Of a stretch of DNA of 64,000 nt, positions 16,993-25,334 are shown one piece after another. The stretch's first letter is position 1. Every line of letters starts with the position of its first letter. The DNA is from Thermoplasmata archaeon (GTDB lineage: Archaea; Thermoplasmatota; Thermoplasmata; Lutacidiplasmatales; UBA184): positions 409,729 to 473,728 of the forward strand of contig JAKIWL010000002.1 of NCBI GenBank assembly GCA_022750055.1, written 5' to 3'. The notes below the pieces were generated by a model. It searched no databases. It worked only from the letters and a program-made list of their open reading frames with translations, and was not told where the DNA came from. The translations under genes and the position numbers were made by a program.

Positions 16993-18348
16993 CTAGGGGG
17001 AACAGCCCGAGACGGCGAAGTCGTCTCCGTTGAACTCGGCGAAGCCGTAGTCCTCGTAGAGATCGGTCTCCGTGACGGTCACCGAGTTCACCGGATCGTA
17101 GAAGACCGTCGTCCCCGTGCTCGGGTCGTAGGAGAGGATGACCGATGGCCCGAGAGCCCGATGCAGGGCCTGGAGGGTACCACTCGGAACGGCCGGACTA
17201 TCCTTCACACAGGAAGCCGCGACGTGGCTCCCGGAGCCCCCGGAACCGGAAGACGACCCCCCACCGCCTCCGGGGAAATGGGGAGGGACCCCCGCGCTGA
17301 CGGAGGGAGTCGGGCTGGGCGCGTAGGTGACGGCTGCCACCGCGCCGATCACGATCAGGACGAGGAATCCCGAGGTCAGCCTTCGGCCGATCGACCAGGG
17401 CGGCCATGCCGGTGCACGTGGAGGGTCGCGACGGAGCTGACGGCGGCGCCCATTCCGGCTCCGGCGGGCCGGCTGGAATGCCCCGACGGACGCTTTCGAT
17501 GCCGACCTCACGTCTCGAGCAACGCGGAACGCCACGGCGCCGAGGTTCGTGAGGAGCAGCGCGACAAGAACGCCGGGGCCGGGCATCGCCAGCGGCAGAA
17601 ACACCGCGCCGAAGGCGACCATCGCCGCGTAGAGCGGGTGCAGGAGCGGGTCTGCCGGTGCGGTCCGAGGCTCTACGACCATGAAGAGCCCGAAGAATAA
17701 CGTCGCGGGGTCCAACACTCCCAGGACGAGGAGCTTCGGGGCGAGCGCAGCGCCGACGATGACCTTCATCGCCACCGAGAACGGCGCGTATACCACGAAG
17801 AATGTCGCGGCCAGACGCCACGAGGTCAGACTTCTGAGGACGAGCCCGACCCCCAAGGCGACCAAGACCTCGTTCCCCCACGGTCCCACTCCGGCCCACC
17901 ACGCCGGGGCCATGCCGAACAGGAAGACCCCCGCCACGAGACCGGAGGCCGCGGGGTTCAGAACGGGTCGACCCCGATAGCGCAAGGCGTGCTTCAGGCC
18001 GATGGCGGCGAACGTCACCGTCCCGGCCGCTACCAAGGGAACCGTCGGGGTGGCCAGCAGGGCGAGGAAGAGACCGGTCGCGAGGGCTCCGTCGGGGAAA
18101 CGGACCGTCGGGAATCGAACGCTCTGGAAGGCAAGGTCGGTCGCGACCGCGACAACCGGAAGGACGGTGAGCGACAGGGCCCCGGCCCCAGCGAGGAACT
18201 GGACGCCCAAGAGACCGAGGACGAGCAAGAATATCCAGGTCACCCGAGGAGGAGGCAGCATCCGAATCAGGGATGGCCACGGAAGTCGACCTTCATGCCG
18301 CACTTCGGCGTTTTCCGGAGCGGAGCTCCCGGCGGCAGATCCGCTCAT
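16993..18348 (-). CDS. Stand-alone RnfD/NqrB-like membrane protein with extra C-terminal exported domain
   Basis: ALATGLFLALL, LKHALRYRGRPVLNPAASG, FFGLFMVVEPRTAP match RnfD/NqrB-type patterns; extra TM, Gly/Ser linker, two-Cys domain. Confidence 0.65.
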   Translation of the reverse strand: MSGSAAGSSAPENAEVRHEGRLPWPSLIRMLPPPRVTWIFLLVLGLLGVQFLAGAGALSLTVLPVVAVATDLAFQSVRFPTVRFPDGALATGLFLALLATPTVPLVAAGTVTFAAIGLKHALRYRGRPVLNPAASGLVAGVFLFGMAPAWWAGVGPWGNEVLVALGVGLVLRSLTSWRLAATFFVVYAPFSVAMKVIVGAALAPKLLVLGVLDPATLFFGLFMVVEPRTAPADPLLHPLYAAMVAFGAVFLPLAMPGPGVLVALLLTNLGAVAFRVARDVRSASKASVGAFQPARRSRNGRRRQLRRDPPRAPAWPPWSIGRRLTSGFLVLIVIGAVAAVTYAPSPTPSVSAGVPPHFPGGGGGSSSGSGGSGSHVAASCVKDSPAVPSGTLQALHRALGPSVILSYDPSTGTTVFYDPVNSVTVTETDLYEDYGFAEFNGDDFAVSGCSP

Positions 18349-18623
18349 TGAGCGCCCGAAGCGCGGTCCGGGCTTATCGTTTGTCGGGCTTCCCGATCGG
18401 CCCGCCAGATCGGACGGTCCATACCGGTCGAGCAACGAGTAGATGGAGCGGTTAGTTGGACGCGGGAGGAGCCGGCGTCGGCATTCCGCAGGCCGCGCGG
18501 TTCGGACGCCTAGGGGTCCGTCGCCAAAGCTGAAGTGACCGCGGCCGTTCGTGCCCGCGAAGGGTTGATGGGCCCGGGATCGCTCGGGCGCGTCAGGGGG
18601 CGTGTTCATTGATTTGGACTTCG

Positions 18624-21600
18624 ATGCGAATCCGGCGAGGGACTCGATCCTGGACCTGGCTCGGGCTAACCGTCGCGCTCCTCGCCGCGTTCCCGGGGAC
18701 CCATTTCCCTCGAGGCGGCGTTGCCGGCAATCCCTGGACCCACGGAGACTACGGTCCCGGCTACCCTGGCTCGGGCGTCGTCCCGCGCTCGAGCGTTTTC
18801 AATGGAGCTCCTTCCCAACGGCCCGCCTCCATCGTCCCTGCCCTCTCCCCATCGGCGCCCTCGGGAGCGGACCTCCTCGCCACGGTGGGCACGGGCGACA
18901 ATCCCACGACGCCGTGCTACGACAGCTCCGACGGCGACGTCTACGTCCCCGACTATGGGGCGGTTCTCCGCGGGGGAAACAACGTCAGCATCATCTCTAC
19001 GAGCACCAACTCCCTGGTCGCGAGTCGGTCGGTCGGCGACGATCCTATCTTCGCGGTCTACGACCCGAGCGACCAGGACGTCTACGTCCTCAACTTCGGG
19101 ATCAGCCACAACCTGACCGTTCTGCACGGTACGAGCATCATCGCCTGGCTCGGGGTCGGGTCGGCGCCGATCGGCGCGGTCTATGACCCGGCCAACGGGT
19201 ACCTCTACGTCTCTAACTTCCTATCCGATAATGTCAGCGTAGTGAACGGAACCTCCGTCATTGCCTCCGTCAACGTGGGAAACCATCCGAGCACTCCCGC
19301 CTATGACGCCGCCGATGGCGATGTCTACGTGCCGGATCGAGGTTCGAATGCCGTGAGCATCATCAAGGGAACCTCGGTCGTAGGAACCGTGACCGTCGGG
19401 AGCCAGCCCAACGCGCCGGTCTACGATAGCGGCGATGGCCACGTCTACGTCCCGAACACCGGGGGGAACAACGTCAGCGTGCTCGCCGGAACGATCCTGG
19501 TTACGAACGTGACCGTCGGCTCGGCCCCGTATTCCGCGACCTACGATAGTCGCAATGGGTTCGTCTACGTCCCGAATACCGGGTCGGACAATGTGAGCGT
19601 GATCTCGAACGGGGTCAACGTCTCCACCGTGACCGGTGGGTCCGCTCCCCGCCAGTCGTACTACGATTCGTCGACGGGAGCCATGTACGTGACGAACCTC
19701 GCCTCGAACAACGTGACGATGATCAACGGAACGACCATCGTGGCCTCGATCGATGTCAGTACGAGCCCCTATGCAGGGGTCTTCGATCCGAACAATTCCG
19801 AGACGTACATCACCGATTACAACGGGAACAACGTCAGTGTGTTGGGCACGAATTCGGGTCCGTATCAGGTGATCTTCAACGAGACGGGCCTCCCAAGCGG
19901 CACCGCCTGGGGCGCCCGGATCGGAGCGACCACCTTCTTCGAGTCCGGCCCATCGATCACCTTCTCCGAGCCGAACGCGACCTACAACTACTCCATCCGG
20001 CCGATCGCCGGATACACGGTCAACGGGACCGGGAAGGTCACCGTCAGCGGCCAGGACGTCGTCGTGAACGTGACCTTCCGAAAGCTCTACGAGATCCCGT
20101 TCCAGGAGACCGGGCTGCCCCTCGGAATGGGATGGAACGTCAGTATCGGGAGCGAGTGGAACAACACGACCACCCCCGTGATCGGACTCTTCGAGCCGAA
20201 CGGGACGTACACCTACGACATCTTCCCGATACCGGGCTATGCCACCACCTGGTCCGGCCAGGTCCAGGTATCGGGAGCCCACGCGACGGTTCCCGTGGTC
20301 TTCTCGCGGGTGAACTATACCATCACCTTCGACGAGACGGGGCTGCCCGGAGGGACCCCTTGGGCGGTCACTCTCGCCGGCGGCACGATGAGCGCGGCCC
20401 GTTCCGCGATCTCGTTCGTCGAACCCAACGGGACGTACCGGTACACCGTCAACCCCGTCCCGGGTTATTCCGGAAACGGCACGGGAAACGTCACCCTTCG
20501 AGGGAGTGGGCAAACGGTCGCCGTGCGGTTCGTGGCGACCTACGTGGTGCGGTTCCTCGAATCCGGGCTTCCGGCAGGAACGAGCTGGTCCGTTCGGGTC
20601 GGCAACTCGACGAATGGATCGACGACGTCGGCGATCGACCTGCGAGAACCGAACGGAACGTACAACTACACGGTGAACCCGGTGGCCGGCTTTGTTGCGA
20701 ACGGAACGGGCCCCCTGTCCGTCTTGGGAGCAGGCCTGACGGTGCGGGTCGCCTTCCGGGCGGTCTACGCGGTCACGTTCCTGGAATCCGGTCTGTCCAA
20801 AGGCACCCCGTGGGCGGTTCTCCTCGGCTCGGCGAACAATGCCTCCTCGACCCCGACGATCGGCTTTCTCGAGGCGAACGGGTCCTTCCCCTACACGATC
20901 GAGCCGGTGACGGGCTATCTAGGGAACGGCACCGGCCAGGTCGCGGTCTCTGGAGCGGGCCGGACGGTGTCGGTGACCTTCGTTGCGGAGTTCCGCGTCA
21001 CATTCCAGGAGTCGGGACTTCCGACCGGGACTCAGTGGAGCGCGTCGATCGGGACCGCGTCGAACCGATCTAGTTCCTCGGTCATCGATTTGTTTGCGAA
21101 CGATGGGACCCACGCGTATCGGATCGGTTCGCTCCCCGGATTCCGTGCCCAATGGACGGGCACCGTCTCCGTGAACGGGGCTGCGGTCACCGTTCCCGTC
21201 CCGTTCGTCGTCACCGTCTATCCCGTTTCCTTCGCGGAAACAGGGTTGGTAGACTCGACCAGCTGGTCGGTGACCCTCAATAGCTCGATGAGATCATCGA
21301 CGGGGCCGTCGATCACCTTCGAAGAACCCAACGGCACGTACCCGTACTCGGTCGCGCCGGAGTCGGGCTACCTCGGCGAGGCCCAGGGGAGCCTGCGAGT
21401 GGCCGGCGTCCCTCCCGCAACGGTCGAAGTGGCGTTCCAGCCCATGCACGGGCCCGCGACGGGGTTCGCAGCCATCTCGGGACCCGAGTGGGGCGTTATC
21501 GGCGCGGTGGCCATCGCTGTCTTCGTTGCCCTCGCATGGGTGCTCCGGCGGCGCACCCCGCCCTCTCCCTCCGAGGAGGAGGGACCCTCCCTCGAGTCGG

Positions 21601-21647
21601 TGGCTCCTTTGGAGAAGGGCGAATACGAACCGAACGGTCCGGCGTAG
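18624..21647 (+). CDS. Cell-surface protein: YVTN/YncE beta-propeller plus six FxE(T/S)GLP Ig-like repeats and C-terminal TM
   Basis: Seven repeats like YDxxxGxVYVPNxGSxNVSV; repeats FNETGLPSGTAW...EPNGTY; signal peptide and TM-RRR anchor. Confidence 0.88.
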   Translation: MRIRRGTRSWTWLGLTVALLAAFPGTHFPRGGVAGNPWTHGDYGPGYPGSGVVPRSSVFNGAPSQRPASIVPALSPSAPSGADLLATVGTGDNPTTPCYDSSDGDVYVPDYGAVLRGGNNVSIISTSTNSLVASRSVGDDPIFAVYDPSDQDVYVLNFGISHNLTVLHGTSIIAWLGVGSAPIGAVYDPANGYLYVSNFLSDNVSVVNGTSVIASVNVGNHPSTPAYDAADGDVYVPDRGSNAVSIIKGTSVVGTVTVGSQPNAPVYDSGDGHVYVPNTGGNNVSVLAGTILVTNVTVGSAPYSATYDSRNGFVYVPNTGSDNVSVISNGVNVSTVTGGSAPRQSYYDSSTGAMYVTNLASNNVTMINGTTIVASIDVSTSPYAGVFDPNNSETYITDYNGNNVSVLGTNSGPYQVIFNETGLPSGTAWGARIGATTFFESGPSITFSEPNATYNYSIRPIAGYTVNGTGKVTVSGQDVVVNVTFRKLYEIPFQETGLPLGMGWNVSIGSEWNNTTTPVIGLFEPNGTYTYDIFPIPGYATTWSGQVQVSGAHATVPVVFSRVNYTITFDETGLPGGTPWAVTLAGGTMSAARSAISFVEPNGTYRYTVNPVPGYSGNGTGNVTLRGSGQTVAVRFVATYVVRFLESGLPAGTSWSVRVGNSTNGSTTSAIDLREPNGTYNYTVNPVAGFVANGTGPLSVLGAGLTVRVAFRAVYAVTFLESGLSKGTPWAVLLGSANNASSTPTIGFLEANGSFPYTIEPVTGYLGNGTGQVAVSGAGRTVSVTFVAEFRVTFQESGLPTGTQWSASIGTASNRSSSSVIDLFANDGTHAYRIGSLPGFRAQWTGTVSVNGAAVTVPVPFVVTVYPVSFAETGLVDSTSWSVTLNSSMRSSTGPSITFEEPNGTYPYSVAPESGYLGEAQGSLRVAGVPPATVEVAFQPMHGPATGFAAISGPEWGVIGAVAIAVFVALAWVLRRRTPPSPSEEEGPSLESVAPLEKGEYEPNGPA

Positions 21648-21784
21648 TGAGGCAGCGGGCCTTCCGCCGGGAAGACGGGATCCGGGCGCGAGCTGTCCTC
21701 ATCCACCGGGTCCGCCCAGGGTCCCTTCATGGTTCGGGAGGAGACGTTCGATCGTCTAGGATAACAAAGCTCGGTTAGAAAGGA

Positions 21785-21808
21785 CCACATATGTAGATAC
21801 ATATGTGG
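21785..21808. promoter_or_regulatory. Perfect inverted repeat resembling the vapB operator
   Basis: CCACATATGTA-GA-TACATATGTGG. Confidence 0.6.
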
Positions 21809-22133
21809 AGTAAGGGCCTCCGTCGTCATGGGCCGTCCACTCCCGGGTCGACATGGATCGTTGCGATCCGACCCGCTTCTTGCGCCCAGGATAGGGGATC
21901 CCGCGGCTCGGGCGATGCCAGACCCCGTCCATCTGGATAGCACGACCTTCGACCCTCTGATGGCATCCGACGAGGAGCAGCGCAGGCCCAGCGTCAGCGT
22001 TGAGCTCGCCGCTCAGATCGAGAGAGTCTCGACCTCCTGCCCATTTACAATGGGGATGGCGAGCGTCTCTACGATCGGCCGAAGATCCTTGCGGGACTCC
22101 CTTTTCGACCCAGTCTAGGGGTCCCTCGACGTG

Positions 22134-22161
22134 AGGACGTATAATTCGAGTTATACGACGG
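22134..22161. other. dif-like Xer recombination site (11-6-11)
   Basis: AGGACGTATAA-TTCGAG-TTATACGACGG; ATAA-N6-TTAT core with palindromic CGTATAA/TTATACG in non-coding AT-rich DNA. Confidence 0.62.
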
Positions 22162-22381
22162 ATTTCGGGGTTCTTCTTGCTAGCAGAATCCAAACCTTAG
22201 GCTGGTAAGTAACGAATCTATGCTAACTAACTCATGCAATATGGAAACGCCGCGCCCTGATCGGGAGGCCCGTCCGGGAAAGGGTTGGGAGACAAGCCCA
22301 AGGGCAATTCACCCGCCCGGGAACCGACCGTCAGCGATACGAAGACAATTGCATAACTCAGTAATGCAAACTGCGTAATAT

Positions 22382-22795
22382 CTACGCCTTAGACTTCGCA
22401 GGAGCGAGAACGGTTACCTTCAGGTCCGATGAGTCGGGGAAACACGCCTCTCGGACCGTCGCCCACTCGTTGCATCCCCCCGCCTGGAGGGCGCCGAGGA
22501 TCAGCCAGGAGGCTGACGAGGCACCGGCTAGAGTGGCCCGAGCCGCCTGCTGAGCGGCAAGCCTCGCCGAGCGCTCCTCGATCGGGAGCACCGTTAGTTT
22601 CCTTCGCAGCCGCTCGATCGCGGCGAGCCGCCGCTCTCGGCCGGGTGCCCGGCCCGTCCGAGCGATCGTCTCGAGCTCGAAGAGGTTCACCGACGTGGTG
22701 CAGAGCTCCTCTCCTTCCCACTTTCGCAGCAGGGCGGTCACTCGCGGGTCCCCTCGAAGAAGTCCGAGCAGGACCGGTGTGTCCAGCCCCTTCAC
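22382..22795 (-). CDS. vapC: PIN-domain toxin (VapC family)
   Basis: GLDTPVL and TTSVNLFEL PIN motifs; GTGA overlap with antitoxin. Confidence 0.8.
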   Translation of the reverse strand: MKGLDTPVLLGLLRGDPRVTALLRKWEGEELCTTSVNLFELETIARTGRAPGRERRLAAIERLRRKLTVLPIEERSARLAAQQAARATLAGASSASWLILGALQAGGCNEWATVREACFPDSSDLKVTVLAPAKSKA

Positions 22796-23013
22796 GGCTT
22801 CCCCTTCCGGACCCCGTCGATGCCTCGGAGGCGCCTCCATCGGGCCCTATCGGACCCCTTTGTACCGCCTGGCCACGCCCCCGAGAGGTCCCGCAACGGA
22901 CCTCGCTGATTGAGGAGGCGGAGGAGGACTTTGGTAAAGCTTTCCTGAGGGCGACATTCCTTTCGAAGGGCATCGTACACGTCCTTACGAACGGCGATGT
23001 TTCTCGAAGGCAT
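22792..23013 (-). CDS. vapB: VapB-type antitoxin (DUF217-like)
   Basis: RNIAVRKDVYDALRK...ESFTKVLLRLL...LRDLSGAW pattern, directly upstream of PIN gene. Confidence 0.82.
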   Translation of the reverse strand: MPSRNIAVRKDVYDALRKECRPQESFTKVLLRLLNQRGPLRDLSGAWPGGTKGSDRARWRRLRGIDGVRKGKP

Positions 23014-23033
23014 ACATATGCCTATGCATATGT
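23014..23033. promoter_or_regulatory. vapBC autoregulatory operator
   Basis: ACATATGC-CTAT-GCATATGT abutting the ATG, between it and a TTAAA box (~23037-23041, minus). Confidence 0.72.
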
Positions 23034-23173
23034 GGCTTTAAGGGAAGCGCTCGGCTGGAATCCGATCCGAACCGGGTCGAGCGACCCACCGGCCGGGCGA
23101 GCACGACCGTCGGAGGAGGTGCGACCGCGCTCGGGAGGCACAGGCCATAAGGGCCCCGGTCGGTCCGATTCCG

Positions 23174-24589
23174 ATGGTCACCCGCTCCCGCGTCCTGGTG
23201 CTGGGTCTGGATTCCCTCTCCCCGAGCATCCTAACAAGCCGCTTCCGGTCCCACCTCCCTAGGATCACTCGGCAGGTCGAACGGGGCGCGCTCGGGACCC
23301 TGAAATCGTGCGATCCACCGATCACGATCCCCGCATGGGCGGTCATGTTCACCGGGATGGACGCCGGATCGCTCGGCCTGTACGGGTTCCGGAACCGCCG
23401 GTCGGGAACGTATTTCGAGAACGTCACGCCTACGCCCGCTGGCCTCCCGTATCCGGCGGTGTGGGACGTCGCCTCCCGAGTCGGGCGGCGGGTGTGCGTC
23501 GTCGGGGTACCCCCCGGGTATCCCCCTCCGGCGGTCAACGGGGTCTATGTCTCCTGCCTACTCACTCCACCGGGCGCGCGCGACTTCGTATCGCCCGTCT
23601 CGCTCGTCGACGAAGTGGAACAGGTGACCGGAGGCTACCAGTTCGACGTTCTGTTCCGGACCGAGGAGCGAGCCGCGGTCGCTCGAGAGCTGATGGAGAT
23701 GACCCGGAAGCGATGGACCCTGGCCCGCCACCTTTGGAAGAAGGAGCCCTGGGACCTCTTCATCGTGCACGAGATCGGGACCGACCGGCTCCATCATGCT
23801 TTCTGGAAGTACTTCGACCCTGCCCACCCTCGACACGACCCGAACCCCCAGTTTGCGAACGTGGGCGACCTTTACTACGACCTCCTCGACCAGGAGGTCG
23901 GAGCGCTCCTCGACCTAGTCGGCGATGACGTCACCGTCCTCATCGTCTCGGACCACGGGACCCAAGCGATGGAAGGGTGTTTTTGCATCAACGAATGGCT
24001 TCGCTCCAAAGGCTGGCTCACCCTGAAAGAGCCGTGTCCCGCGGGGACCCCGCTCGAGCGGGCGAACGTGGATTGGAGCCGTACGAAAGCCTGGGGCGCA
24101 GGAGGATACTACGCCCGCATCCACTTGAATCTGCGCGGGCGCGAGCCCGAGGGCATCGTCGACCCCTCGGAGGCCCCGGAGGTTCTCGACCGGCTTGCGG
24201 CCGAACTCGAGGACGTTCGGGGGCCGAACGGCCACCTGCTCGGGGTGGAGTTGGCGCGGCCCTCCGAGATCTACGACGAGGTGCGCGGTCTACCCCCAGA
24301 CTTGATCGTCTACTTCGCAGACCTGAAGTGGCGCTCGGCCGGAACGTTGGGACATTCGAGCCTGTTTCTCGATGAGAACGACACCGGTCCGGACGACGCG
24401 GTCCATTCATGGGATGGGATCCTCGCCGCCGCCGGCCCGAATCTCAAGGCGAAGGGGGCGATATCCACCTCCCGGATCCGCGACGTGGGTCCGACCATCC
24501 TTCGCCTGATGGGGATCCCTCCCCCCCTCACGATGCGGGGACAGGTCATCTCCGGGCTGCTCGGGCGCCACCATCACGAAGAACGCTGA
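23174..24589 (+). CDS. Alkaline phosphatase superfamily phosphodiesterase/nucleotide pyrophosphatase
   Basis: VLGLDS, PPITIPAW..MFTG, DRLHHAFW, VSDHG, AVHSWDG. Confidence 0.88.
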   Translation: MVTRSRVLVLGLDSLSPSILTSRFRSHLPRITRQVERGALGTLKSCDPPITIPAWAVMFTGMDAGSLGLYGFRNRRSGTYFENVTPTPAGLPYPAVWDVASRVGRRVCVVGVPPGYPPPAVNGVYVSCLLTPPGARDFVSPVSLVDEVEQVTGGYQFDVLFRTEERAAVARELMEMTRKRWTLARHLWKKEPWDLFIVHEIGTDRLHHAFWKYFDPAHPRHDPNPQFANVGDLYYDLLDQEVGALLDLVGDDVTVLIVSDHGTQAMEGCFCINEWLRSKGWLTLKEPCPAGTPLERANVDWSRTKAWGAGGYYARIHLNLRGREPEGIVDPSEAPEVLDRLAAELEDVRGPNGHLLGVELARPSEIYDEVRGLPPDLIVYFADLKWRSAGTLGHSSLFLDENDTGPDDAVHSWDGILAAAGPNLKAKGAISTSRIRDVGPTILRLMGIPPPLTMRGQVISGLLGRHHHEER

Positions 24590-24719
24590 GGGGAACCCCG
24601 CGTCCCTTCGGCCCCTCCCGCAGGAGCGGTTGAGGCGCCCTCCGCGCTCACGCGCTGCGATAGGCGGATGGCGACGGGGCTCACTCTGGCTTGTGTTTTC
24701 AACTCCGATCCAGTCGAGG

Positions 24720-25220
24720 TCAGGAAGGGGTTCGGCGCGTCGCTTCGGGCCGGTCGACCTCGTCGACCGTGGCCTCGTGCCCCACAGGGAATTTCACCGA
24801 GCTCGCGATGAAGCACCGTCGGTGCGCCTCCACGTGCAGCGACCGCGCCTGGTCCGGGTCCCCACCGGATATCGTCACGTGGGGGTGGAGGGTCACCTTC
24901 CTGAATTCGCCGCCCCCATCGGGCCGGGTCTCCATGACCCCGTCGGCCTCATCCCGATACGACACGACCCGGACCCCGGCCACCGCGCACAGGTGTAGGT
25001 AGGCAAGCATGTGACAGGACGAAAGGGCGGCGACCAGAAGTTCCTCGGGATTGTATCGCGTCGCATCGCCTCGAAACGACGGGTCGGCGGATCCGAGGAG
25101 CACCGGCTTGGACCCGGCGCGAACCGTATGATCCCGACCATAGGAGGAGTAGGTTTCCGTCCCTCGGCCGAGATTTCCAGTCCACTCGACCTGGACCCGG
25201 TACGCATGGCTCCGCTCCAT
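24720..25220 (-). CDS. OsmC/Ohr family peroxiredoxin
   Basis: NPEELLVAALSSCHML and AHRRCFIASSV. Confidence 0.9.
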   Translation of the reverse strand: MERSHAYRVQVEWTGNLGRGTETYSSYGRDHTVRAGSKPVLLGSADPSFRGDATRYNPEELLVAALSSCHMLAYLHLCAVAGVRVVSYRDEADGVMETRPDGGGEFRKVTLHPHVTISGGDPDQARSLHVEAHRRCFIASSVKFPVGHEATVDEVDRPEATRRTPS

Positions 25221-25334
25221 CGAAGGACCCTTCGACCGGAGGCATCGCTCTCTTCATACAGATTGCCAGGACGCGGTGCCGGTGATCCGGATTGGGCTCG
25301 ACAGAAGGGGCGCTCCGCGCCGGGGGAAGGGCGC

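Noticed and set aside
18880-21450. Repetitive DNA suggestive of an array
   Set aside because: Degenerate in-frame protein repeats; no fixed repeat-spacer periodicity; no CRISPR array or cas genes seen in the window
22245-22346. Possible hammerhead ribozyme or cobalamin riboswitch
   Set aside because: CTGATGA core and B12-box motifs are absent; retained only as an unexplained region
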